A program made the translations under genes and the position numbers. A stretch of DNA of 32,000 nt, from the NCBI GenBank assembly GCA_030606485.1, contig JAUWGH010000004.1, positions 120,001 through 152,000 on the forward strand, read 5' to 3'. The stretch comes from Promethearchaeota archaeon (lineage in GTDB: Archaea > Asgardarchaeota > Lokiarchaeia > Sigyniarchaeales > SOKP01). The notes under the pieces were generated by a model. That model was not told the DNA's origin, did no database searches, and worked only from the letters and a program-made list of their open reading frames with translations. How positions within the stretch are numbered: position 1 is the stretch's first letter; each line of letters opens with the position of its first letter. Of the stretch, positions 19,460-27,755 are shown in pieces.

Positions 19460-20719
19460 TTAATTAGATGAATCTATCAATTTTATATAATTTAAGCAGA
19501 TATCTAATACTTGTCCCAAAGATTCTTTATCAACGACTTCTGGTGTATCTTCTCTGGTATGATAAAAGGGTGGAAGTTCTTCTTTAAGATCAAGTCCAGA
19601 TATTGTCACAGCAGGTAATCCTTTACGAACAAAAGCAGCTCCATCAGTTGCACCAAAAGAGAGAGGACCAGTTTTAATATTTAATTTTAAATCGCTCGCT
19701 ATTTTTAATATTGGGTTATAAATTTCTGGGTTATATTTAGCACCAATAAAGGGTTCTTTACTAATTATCAATAATTTTTCGGTTTTAGCAATTCCATCCA
19801 TATTGACAATTATTGTGCCATTTTCTTTCAATTCATCATAATGCGCTTTTACATAACGTTTTGAGCCTCTTAGTCCCGCTTCTTCTGCAGCAAAGGATAC
19901 TAAATGGATCTTGGTGTGTTTTGGAAAGATTTTCTCATTATTTTTATTTTCATATAAGTATTTACCTATCCCCAGTAAAATCACTACTCCTGATAAATTA
20001 TCAAATGCTCCCAAGACTGGATTATAGCTGTGAAAAAACATAAAAAGAACTGCGACGGGTAATAGAGTTAAAAAGGCTATGCCGAACCCAAAAAAGATCA
20101 TCGTTATATCTATAGGTAAGAAATAAAAAATTAATTTCAAAACAACTAAAATAAAGAGCAAAAATACTTCAAGTAATCCGATATTGATCATCAATTGCCC
20201 TATTCTTTTTAGATAATAGAATAGATTAAATTCATAAGCAGAATCATGATGTCCAGAAAAGATTATTGTATTTTTAACTTTATTTGTTGGGTTTATCGTT
20301 CCAATGACATTTTTCGATTTTTTTTTTTGGAACATGAAATCGTAAAATTCATAGTACCTTATTATTTCGAATATAAAGTATGGAACCGTAATTCCAAGCA
20401 GTATTACTGCAATAACTATGAAAATTAAACTAAAGATAGTATCTATTTGGAGCCATCCAAGATCAACTAAAAGAGAGAGCCAATAAAATATGACTGAAAA
20501 CAATGCCATTATGGCTCCATATCTAACAAAACCCAAAAAAGCTGTTGGACTACATATAAACTCTTCTTGATGCGTTTCATCACAAAATTTTTTTAACTCC
20601 TCTTCAATTTTATTGCCTGCAAGCTCTTCTTGTTTCGTACCAGCTTCCCGTGGTCCGATTTTATTACAAATATCTACAATGAATCCATGCATGTAATCAT
20701 TTAATTTCTTTTCGACCAT
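19460..20719 (-). CDS. M28 family metallopeptidase with inserted TM segments
   Basis: Metal-ligand motifs SGHHDS, GAFDNLSG, AAEEAGLRGS, VNMDG, YHTREDT. Confidence 0.9.
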   Translation of the reverse strand: MVEKKLNDYMHGFIVDICNKIGPREAGTKQEELAGNKIEEELKKFCDETHQEEFICSPTAFLGFVRYGAIMALFSVIFYWLSLLVDLGWLQIDTIFSLIFIVIAVILLGITVPYFIFEIIRYYEFYDFMFQKKKSKNVIGTINPTNKVKNTIIFSGHHDSAYEFNLFYYLKRIGQLMINIGLLEVFLLFILVVLKLIFYFLPIDITMIFFGFGIAFLTLLPVAVLFMFFHSYNPVLGAFDNLSGVVILLGIGKYLYENKNNEKIFPKHTKIHLVSFAAEEAGLRGSKRYVKAHYDELKENGTIIVNMDGIAKTEKLLIISKEPFIGAKYNPEIYNPILKIASDLKLNIKTGPLSFGATDGAAFVRKGLPAVTISGLDLKEELPPFYHTREDTPEVVDKESLGQVLDICLNYIKLIDSSN

Positions 20720-20900
20720 TTTGTTTCCCTAAGTAAATTATTTATTTTACTTTTCAAATTTTGAAAAGAAAATATAATTTAATTTATAATGTAATTGAAA
20801 ATATTCAATCGAATTTTAATTTTAAAGGTTTCTTCTACAAAAAATTCAATTATATCTTTTTATGTGCAATAAAAAGTTCTTAAGCCTAGTACCATTAATT

Positions 20901-21944
20901 TTATTTCTCTTTTTTAAAGGGATTTAATATTTCATTTACATCGTTTATAGAAGAGTAGATCTCATCTGCTAAGGTTCTTAATCCATCTATTCCGATTGGT
21001 TCAATTCCCAATGAATTAGATTTCCAAATTTTTAAATTTTTAAATTCTTGTTCAATTTGTTTAATATATTTCTGCTGTTTTTGACGTTTATTTTTACAAA
21101 AATTGCAATGATCTGCTGCATCTTCTGGAATCAACATATTTATATGAATCCCGTCGGTGTTAATATATTTCTGAGTTAGCTCATATGCTCTTTTAATTTC
21201 TTCATAACTTGGTTTTTCGGCGATAGAAACCAACCTTAAGGAGCCATAATTCTTAATCAGATCGGCAATTCTTTCCCCTCTTTCTTCAATTTCATTTAAC
21301 ATTTCCAAAAGTTCTTCAACAAGTCCCTTTCTTTCTTCAGTGGAGCCCCTCCCAAATGGAAATAAAAATTTTGCAGCTTTAGTAAATTTTTGCATAGCCT
21401 TTCGAATTTCTGATATGATACGTAAGCTATATTTCATAATACCTTTAACATGGTCTTCGGGAATTTCAAAGAGAGCTACCATATTAGCCGTTGGTGGAAA
21501 ATCACAGATAATTATATCGAATTGAAGGTTTTGAGTTGTATCTTCTGCGTCTAAAATTTGTTGGAAAAAAATAGCATTTTTTAAAGCGATCGGAATTGAA
21601 TCTGCATTAAAGGTATTATCAATGTATTCTTCCAATTTTGGAATTAAATTCACAATAGGAGTCATTTTCATTAATTTTCTTGACTTTTCAGCAAATTCTT
21701 TTGTATATTTTTCAGCATAAATATGAGGATCTGGTTCGATTGCCCATAGATTGTCTTTTATGGGAGTTATATTGTTCCCTATCTTAATTCCAAATAAATC
21801 AGTCAAATTGTGAGCAATATCAAAAGAGATCAAAAGAATCTTTTTATTTGGTAATAAATCAGATACTTTAACCGCAGTCGCACTGCTAATAGAACTTTTT
21901 CCTACGCCTCCTTTCCCACCAAACACTAGTAAATATTCTATCAA
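20901..21944 (-). CDS. ArsA/Get3 (TRC40) family ATPase, single domain
   Basis: P-loop GKGGVGKS, switch I-like SFDIAHNLTD, switch II-like DFPPT, CxxC (HCNFCK) near the C-terminus. Confidence 0.85.
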   Translation of the reverse strand: MIEYLLVFGGKGGVGKSSISSATAVKVSDLLPNKKILLISFDIAHNLTDLFGIKIGNNITPIKDNLWAIEPDPHIYAEKYTKEFAEKSRKLMKMTPIVNLIPKLEEYIDNTFNADSIPIALKNAIFFQQILDAEDTTQNLQFDIIICDFPPTANMVALFEIPEDHVKGIMKYSLRIISEIRKAMQKFTKAAKFLFPFGRGSTEERKGLVEELLEMLNEIEERGERIADLIKNYGSLRLVSIAEKPSYEEIKRAYELTQKYINTDGIHINMLIPEDAADHCNFCKNKRQKQQKYIKQIEQEFKNLKIWKSNSLGIEPIGIDGLRTLADEIYSSINDVNEILNPFKKEK

Positions 21945-22472
21945 ATTATTTCCGGTTATATATAATTACTTTATTGGAATAAAAAAGAGGTGAATCTATA
22001 AAAATTGTTTCCTAATTTTAAGATTGTTATTTTTTATTACTGGTTTAAAAAAATATTAGTAAAATTTCAATAAGATGAGGGAAAAAAAACAACTCTACCA
22101 GTGATTTCATTTTCATTATCCTTTTTAAAATAGAAATAGAATCTACCAAAATTTGTTTTATATATTGTCTTAAAATTTTTATGAATATGAGTTGTAAATA
22201 TCTTTTCAATTATTTTCTCATCCCAACACATAATATTAATGTTTTCATTTAAAAATTAAATAATAGAATAATACCTAAATATTAGGTAGATTTGAATTTA
22301 AATTCCAAAAAAATAAATTTGAAAATTTCTATATCTATATCATTAAAAAATAATTTATATGACGAGTTTAGTGTAAATCAATTATTATATCACTATTATA
22401 TATGTTATTTATTTAAAAATTGAAAAATTTAGATAAAAATTTAATTACAAAAAATAGGAGTGTGATTATATA

Positions 22473-23722
22473 ATTACAGATAATGGTCATTATACTTCTA
22501 ATTTCACTACGAAATACCATATCATAGCAAATTATAAAGTAAATGGAGTGGTTGAAAAGAGCGATATTGTCGGTGCCATTTTTGGGCAAAGATAAATAGC
22601 CACTTCGGTCATATCGCCTAAACCGAAGGTCTTTTATCGGATTTAGACTTAAGGGATTTACAAAAAAGTGGGAGAATAGGAAGAATTGAGGTCGAATTAA
22701 CGACCGAAGAGGGAATATCTAAAGGAACAATAATTATTCCTTCAAGTCTAACAAGAAAAGAGACCGTTTTATTGGCAGCGACAATAGAAACCGTGAGTCG
22801 AGTAGGTCCTTGTTCCGCACAAATTGACCTAGAAGATATCAAAGACATTCGCGAAGACAAAAGAAAACAAATTATCAAACGAGCAACGGAATTATTAAAA
22901 AAATGGGATGAGAATAGTCCCGAACCTAGGGAAATTGAAGAACAAATTTCTCAAGATATAAGACTTAGTGAAATTAAAAAATGGGGGCCTGAAAATTTAC
23001 CTGCAGGTCCTAATGTTGATATTAGCCCAGATCTCATAATAGTTGAAGGAAGAGCAGACGTCTTAAATTTAATGCGTATAGACATCAAAAATGCTATTGC
23101 AGTGGAAGGCACTCAAATACCTAAGTCAATAATTGAATTAATTCGTAATAAAAGCCCAATTACTGCTTTTTTAGATGGAGACCGGGGAGGCACAATAATC
23201 TTAAATGAATTATTACAAGTGGCACACCTTGATTATGTTGCAAGAGCTCCTGATGGGCTTGAAGTTGAAGAATTAACAAGAAAACAGATGGTTAAAGGTC
23301 TTCAAAATAAGAGACCAGTTTCAGAGATAGTTAATAATAAAAATTTATCAGTAGATATACCGCGTAAGGGGAAAACAGTAATTGAAAAAAAAATAAAAGA
23401 TTCGAAGAATAAATATAAAAATATTTTAAAAATATTGAAGCTCAATAAAGGGTCAAAAATTGCTGAGTATATTTCTAACTCTAAAATAACAAAAAAAGCA
23501 ATTGGAATTGACTCAGAGGAAAATATTCTTTTTGAATTAGATACTTCGGAAGTATTTGATAATTTGAGTGAATTTTCCACTATTAAATACTTAATATTGG
23601 ATGGTATTTTATCTAAAAGACTAATTTCCTTGGCAATAAAAATGAAAATAGATGCAATCATTTGCGTTGGAACAGAAGAAAATTTAAAAATTCCAAGACA
23701 AATAAAAGTTATAAAAGTTTAA
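22473..23722 (+). CDS. dnaG: Archaeal DnaG (TOPRIM, exosome-associated), two exons: 22473-22589 and 22622-23722, about 405 aa after splicing
   Basis: Exon 1 TTKYHIIANYKVNGVVEKSDIVGAIFGQ; exon 2 TEGLLSDLDLRDLQKSGRIGRIEV...IETVSRVGPC...IIVEGRADV...FLDGDRGG. Start inferred at ATT 22473 (or ATA 22470) downstream of AGGAGTG. Confidence 0.92.
22590..22621 (+). other. Candidate 32-nt BHB (tRNA-type) intron in the dnaG mRNA
   Basis: Insert AGATAAATAGCCACTTCGGTCATATCGCCTAA; central helix GGGC 22584-87 with GCCT 22616-19; AAA bulges 22588-90 and 22620-22; inner helix GATA/TATC. Cutting after the second base of each bulge restores CAA|ACC. Confidence 0.8.
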
Positions 23723-24135
23723 TAATTCACTTTAACATCAATGGGTAATCCTCTTATAAGAGAATTTGAAATTATGCAATATTCTCTAAAAATTTCAATG
23801 CATTTATCAAATTTTTTCTTGTTTTTTCCTTCAAAATCGATAATATTTAATTCTACACTTACATTAACTATTTCTAAATGATTATAAGGTTTTCTATGAG
23901 TCATTTTACCATCTACAACAATATTTAGTTCTTTTATTTCAAAATTATTTTTTTCTAAACAAAAAATAAAACTAGAGCCAAGGCATCCACCTATTCCAAC
24001 TAAAATATATTCAACGGGACTTGGTCCTCGATCATTTCCCTTAAAAGAGCGAGGCTCATCTATTAATATTTTTTTAAAGTGTCTAACCTCCGCTCTAAAT
24101 CCAAAATTATCAATCCAATTTATATTAACTTTCAT
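23719..24135 (-). CDS. OsmC/Ohr family protein
   Basis: ILIDEPRSFKGNDRGPSPVEYILVGIGGCLGS and second Cys in EYCIISNSL; start set to the ATG at 24135 because the longer ORF overlaps secE. Confidence 0.85.
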   Translation of the reverse strand: MKVNINWIDNFGFRAEVRHFKKILIDEPRSFKGNDRGPSPVEYILVGIGGCLGSSFIFCLEKNNFEIKELNIVVDGKMTHRKPYNHLEIVNVSVELNIIDFEGKNKKKFDKCIEIFREYCIISNSLIRGLPIDVKVNY

Positions 24136-24239
24136 AAAAATCGTAACTTTTTCTAAATTCCAATCAATTATATATTTTACAAAAATTCTATATAATCTTT
24201 TAAAATGAAAAAAAAATATGGTAATTAAAAAAAGGAAGA

Positions 24240-24467
24240 TTAACCAAAACCCAGCATTCCAGCTAAAAGTGAGAATAATAACTGAATAACGTAAGATACA
24301 GCTCCGAGTATTACCATTCCAATCAGACAAATTTTCGTGACAAGCCAATAATCTTTTCTGGATGGCTTAGTAGCAACTTTAATTATTCTTTTTGTACTTT
24401 GAAGGAACTTTTTTACACGAGCTTTAATCGAAGTCTCAGAAATTCTTGTTGCTTCATATTTACTCAT
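24240..24467 (-). CDS. secE: Protein translocase subunit SecE/Sec61-gamma
   Basis: RIIKVATKPSRKDYWLVTKICLIGMVILGAVSYVI; directly downstream of ftsY. Confidence 0.92.
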   Translation of the reverse strand: MSKYEATRISETSIKARVKKFLQSTKRIIKVATKPSRKDYWLVTKICLIGMVILGAVSYVIQLLFSLLAGMLGFG

Positions 24468-24565
24468 AATTTATCATTAAGGTTTATCGTAATTTAAATT
24501 TATTTTTTATAAAAGTAATTATAACCTATAATTTAAATTAATTTCTGAAATGTTTTATTATTTTT

Positions 24566-25480
24566 TTAGGTCGATTCTAAACTAAATATTTTATCAAGGA
24601 AAATATTTACATCAAATAATTCCAAATCATTATAACCTTGACCGGTACCAACTGCGAGAATAGGTTTCTTAGTTTCAAAAACAATTGATAATGCTGCACC
24701 TCCTTTTGCATCTGCATCTAATTTGGTTAAGATTGAGGCATCAATTCCAACTTCTTCATTAAACTTTTTGGCTTGTTGTAAGGCATCATTTCCAGCAAGA
24801 CTATCTCCTATAAATAGAACCAAATGAGGCTCAACAACTCTCACAATTTTCTTCATTTCAATCATAAGATTTTTATTACTTACTTGTCTGCCACTAGTAT
24901 CTATCATAACAACATTTATACTTTTTGCAGTCGCATGTTCTACAGTATCATATGCTACTGAAGCAGGATCTGATTTGTAATTATGTTTAATTACCTTAAT
25001 TCCAACGTTATTCATATGTTCTAATAATTGTTCAATTGCTCCAGCTCGAAATGTATCACTAGCAGCTACAACGCATCTCAAACCGTGTTTCTTTAAATAT
25101 GTTCCAAGCTTAGCAATTGTGGTAGTTTTGCCTGTTCCATTAACACCAAGAAAACATATAATATATGGCTTGCCTTGATTATTTACTTTTTCAATATCAT
25201 TTAGTAAATCTATAGGTTTCACATCAAGAATTTTAAAAATAGCATCTTTAAGTGCAAAATTCACTAAATTTTTAGTAGATTTAAATCGGCCAACAATTTC
25301 ATTTTCAAGAGTTTCATTCATTAATGCACAAACCCTCTCTGCAACATCTAAGGCAACATCATTTTGCAATAAAATTAGTTTTAAGGTGTTAAGCGGTTTT
25401 TCTGTCTTTTCAAGTGATAAAGTTTTTTTTGAAATTTTCTCAACAAAAAAGGACAAGCTTTTTTTTAGGTTTTCCAGCAT
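24566..25480 (-). CDS. ftsY: Signal recognition particle receptor FtsY
   Basis: GVNGTGKTTT, DTFRAGAIEQL, DTSGR, TKLDADAKGG, GTGQGY. Confidence 0.97.
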   Translation of the reverse strand: MLENLKKSLSFFVEKISKKTLSLEKTEKPLNTLKLILLQNDVALDVAERVCALMNETLENEIVGRFKSTKNLVNFALKDAIFKILDVKPIDLLNDIEKVNNQGKPYIICFLGVNGTGKTTTIAKLGTYLKKHGLRCVVAASDTFRAGAIEQLLEHMNNVGIKVIKHNYKSDPASVAYDTVEHATAKSINVVMIDTSGRQVSNKNLMIEMKKIVRVVEPHLVLFIGDSLAGNDALQQAKKFNEEVGIDASILTKLDADAKGGAALSIVFETKKPILAVGTGQGYNDLELFDVNIFLDKIFSLEST

Positions 25481-25522
25481 GATTTAAATTGGTTTCTTAC
25501 TCTAAAAAATATCATTTTTTTT

Positions 25523-25963
25523 TTATTTTTGAAGACCATCTTGAAATTGGCTCAGTTGTTGTTGTACTCTCGGTGTTAATGATTTTATATGGGAATCTAA
25601 CTGTATATATTGATTTACTAATGACTCTCTTTGTTCGTTATGACGTTTTATTAACTCATCAATGTAATCAGTACTTTCTTCATAGTTTTTTTCAATTATA
25701 ACATCCGAGCCTATATACATAAGAATTTTATTAGATTCTAAAATGTTAGCTTTAATATAAGCCATTCCTCCAATTGGAACAACTAGCTCATCTCCCGATT
25801 TAAGTTCTGTAAGACCTTCTATTGTTTTTTTTGTGGTCTTTACTAATTGTAGAGAATTATCGATAATTTCAATCTGATTTTTTAAAAACTCAAATTGCTG
25901 TTGTAGGAAATTTAGGCTTTGTAGTTGACGCTGGAGATCCTGTTGATTTTTCATTCTATTCAC
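25523..25963 (-). CDS. pfdA: Prefoldin alpha subunit
   Basis: Coiled coils flanking ELVVPIGGMAYIKA...KILMYIGSDVIIEK; canonical operon position. Confidence 0.93.
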   Translation of the reverse strand: MNRMKNQQDLQRQLQSLNFLQQQFEFLKNQIEIIDNSLQLVKTTKKTIEGLTELKSGDELVVPIGGMAYIKANILESNKILMYIGSDVIIEKNYEESTDYIDELIKRHNEQRESLVNQYIQLDSHIKSLTPRVQQQLSQFQDGLQK

Positions 25964-25991
25964 AAAATTTTTTATTAAAATAATAATTTAT

Positions 25992-26225
25992 TTATTTGGT
26001 AGTGGAAATTTCTCTTAAAACCATATCACTTATTTCCTCTGGCTTAATTACCTTAATCTTTTCAATTTTAATCTGCCTTCTTAATAAACCTGTTGAAGTT
26101 ATTAAAGTCAAGACTTTTTCAAGTGCATCTTCTTCTTTTATAGCCCGAACATCTTTCCGAAATAAGTATTTAACTCGGTTCCTAGTATAGAATCCCGAAA
26201 TTCTAAAGATTTTTACTTCACTCAC
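25992..26225 (-). CDS. rpl18a: 50S ribosomal protein L18a/LX (eL20)
   Basis: VKIFRISG...FRKDVRAIKEEDALEKV...RRQIKIEKI; GTG start; position between eIF6 and prefoldin. Confidence 0.9.
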   Translation of the reverse strand: MSEVKIFRISGFYTRNRVKYLFRKDVRAIKEEDALEKVLTLITSTGLLRRQIKIEKIKVIKPEEISDMVLREISTTK

Positions 26226-26329
26226 TGTAATTTCAACGATATTTGATTGATTCGATTATTTTAATTTAATTTTTTGTATTTTTTTAAACATTAAAATTTT
26301 GGTAATTTGTAATACAAATAAGATACAGA

Positions 26330-26995
26330 TTAAAGGTGGAGAACATTTGTTAGTCTCATCAATTCAGGACCAGTTGAGAGTAAGCCAAAAATTCCAGTTG
26401 TATCATTTACGATCGCCCCAGAACCTAAATAAGGAATCCCCCGATTGATCGTACTGAGATCAACGTGTACCTTCAAATAATCAGAGACAACATCAACATT
26501 TTCATCGGTAGAGAGAGGGTGAATACAACAACCGTGATTGTTAGTAATCCCATTAGAACCGGGGAGATGGTTACCTCCGAATTCAAATACGTTAACTTCT
26601 ACATCTAGAACATCTTTAATGATCTTTTGATGGCTTTTAAGAAAAGAGCTTATAATAGCACCTTTATCGTTACATAAAATCATATTTCCTAATGCGTTGT
26701 CCAATGAGTTAACAACTTCAATCTGAACAGAATCTCCAACTTCTCTTTTTAGTTTTTTAAATTCCTCGTCATATACTATTCTCGGTAAGAGTATTCCCTT
26801 ATTATTTAATGCAACATAGACACCAAGAAGTGGAGATCTATTAATATTTATGGGAATTAAAAGATCAAAATTTTCCTTTAATTTTAAAAGTAAATTTTGG
26901 TCAATATTCAGCGGGTATAAGACCCAAGAATTATTTGCTGCTAAATAGACACCTATAGAATTGACTCCAAAAATTTTAGACTTTATTGCTGTAAT
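26330..26995 (-). CDS. eif6: Translation initiation factor 6 (aIF6/eIF6), about 221 aa
   Basis: Frame is open well upstream of the track ORF: KIFGVNSIGVYLAANN...SPLLGVYVALNNKGILLP...NALGNMILCND...GSNGITNNHGCCIHP...TINRGIPYLGSG...TGPEL. Start inferred at ATT 26995. Confidence 0.9.
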   Translation of the reverse strand: MTAIKSKIFGVNSIGVYLAANNSWVLYPLNIDQNLLLKLKENFDLLIPININRSPLLGVYVALNNKGILLPRIVYDEEFKKLKREVGDSVQIEVVNSLDNALGNMILCNDKGAIISSFLKSHQKIIKDVLDVEVNVFEFGGNHLPGSNGITNNHGCCIHPLSTDENVDVVSDYLKVHVDLSTINRGIPYLGSGAIVNDTTGIFGLLSTGPELMRLTNVLHL

Positions 26996-27058
26996 GATGT
27001 CCAGCTCCGTGCTATTTGGATAACCAATCAGTTCACTTTTCTTGTCTAAATAGTAGAA

Positions 27059-27538
27059 TTAGGCTAAATAACAAACTACAAGCCCGTCGAGATTTTTTGT
27101 TGCTCTTATTTTGATTTTTCTTGGGGGTTTGCTTATACCTCGAGACCATATTTTTTCATTAACATCTTGAGATATAATCAAAGCTTCAGGTTTAAAGTGG
27201 CGAGTCATAAATTTTCTTAAATATCTAACAGATTTTTTAGCCCATTTTGTTCTGGGTCCATGTCTAGCTTTATATAATGGAACAATATAAATTCTCTCAT
27301 CGATAATTTCTTCTTCTTTCGGAATTTCTTCAATTTCTTCTTCTCGCTCAATTCCTTCTTCTTCCGCAAATAATTCCTTAATTTCTTCTTTCTCAGCTAC
27401 TTCATCTAAACTAAATTCTTCGATTTCCTCGATTTCTTCTTCCTCCTCTACTACTTCCTCTCCCGTTTCTTCTTTTTCTTCGATTAATTCTTCCTCTAGA
27501 TCGTCAAGACTAATTTCTTTTTCCTTTTTTTTACCCAT
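27059..27538 (-). CDS. rpl31e: 50S ribosomal protein L31e with long acidic N-terminal extension
   Basis: Core ERIYIVPL...RTKWAKKSVRYLRKFMTRH...VNEKIWSRGISKPPRKIKIRA. Confidence 0.95.
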   Translation of the reverse strand: MGKKKEKEISLDDLEEELIEEKEETGEEVVEEEEEIEEIEEFSLDEVAEKEEIKELFAEEEGIEREEEIEEIPKEEEIIDERIYIVPLYKARHGPRTKWAKKSVRYLRKFMTRHFKPEALIISQDVNEKIWSRGISKPPRKIKIRATKNLDGLVVCYLA

Positions 27539-27555
27539 ATTTCACACCATTCTTG

Positions 27556-27717
27556 TTATCCTTTCTTTAATTTCTGATTTCTCCAATGTCGTTGGGAATA
27601 AGGAGAACTTTTTATTTTTGAACGTGTTTTCATCGTTACCCACGTTGGCACTGAGCGATTTTGCTTAAGTGCTTTACCTCTGCGGAGTTTATGGGCTAAA
27701 TCTTTATTTCTGCTCAT
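27556..27717 (-). CDS. rpl39e: 50S ribosomal protein L39e (53 aa, absent from the ORF track)
   Basis: Hand translation MSRNKDLAHKLRRGKALKQNRSVPTWVTMKTRSKIKSSPYSQRHWRNQKLKKG; canonical position before rpl31e. Confidence 0.95.
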   Translation of the reverse strand: MSRNKDLAHKLRRGKALKQNRSVPTWVTMKTRSKIKSSPYSQRHWRNQKLKKG

Positions 27718-27755
27718 GATTTTCAGCTTTAATATCTATTTTACTTAATTTTTAA

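Noticed and set aside
21945-22455. 500-nt very AT-rich divergent intergenic region as a replication origin
   Set aside because: No ORB-like repeats recognised and no cdc6/orc1 nearby; consistent with two divergent promoters.
22590-22621. dnaG insert as a transposon footprint, MITE or programmed ribosomal frameshift site
   Set aside because: No target-site duplication or terminal inverted repeats. A simple frameshift would leave about 10 extra residues inside an invariant motif, and a stop follows after one codon.
22473-23722. dnaG as the replicative primase marking a replication locus
   Set aside because: Archaeal DnaG is an exosome-associated protein; replication priming is done by PriS/PriL, which are not in this window.
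24136-24348. 72-aa N-terminal extension of the OsmC ORF in the track
   Set aside because: It overlaps secE on the same strand and crosses a low-complexity spacer; the ATG at 24135 gives a normal-length OsmC.
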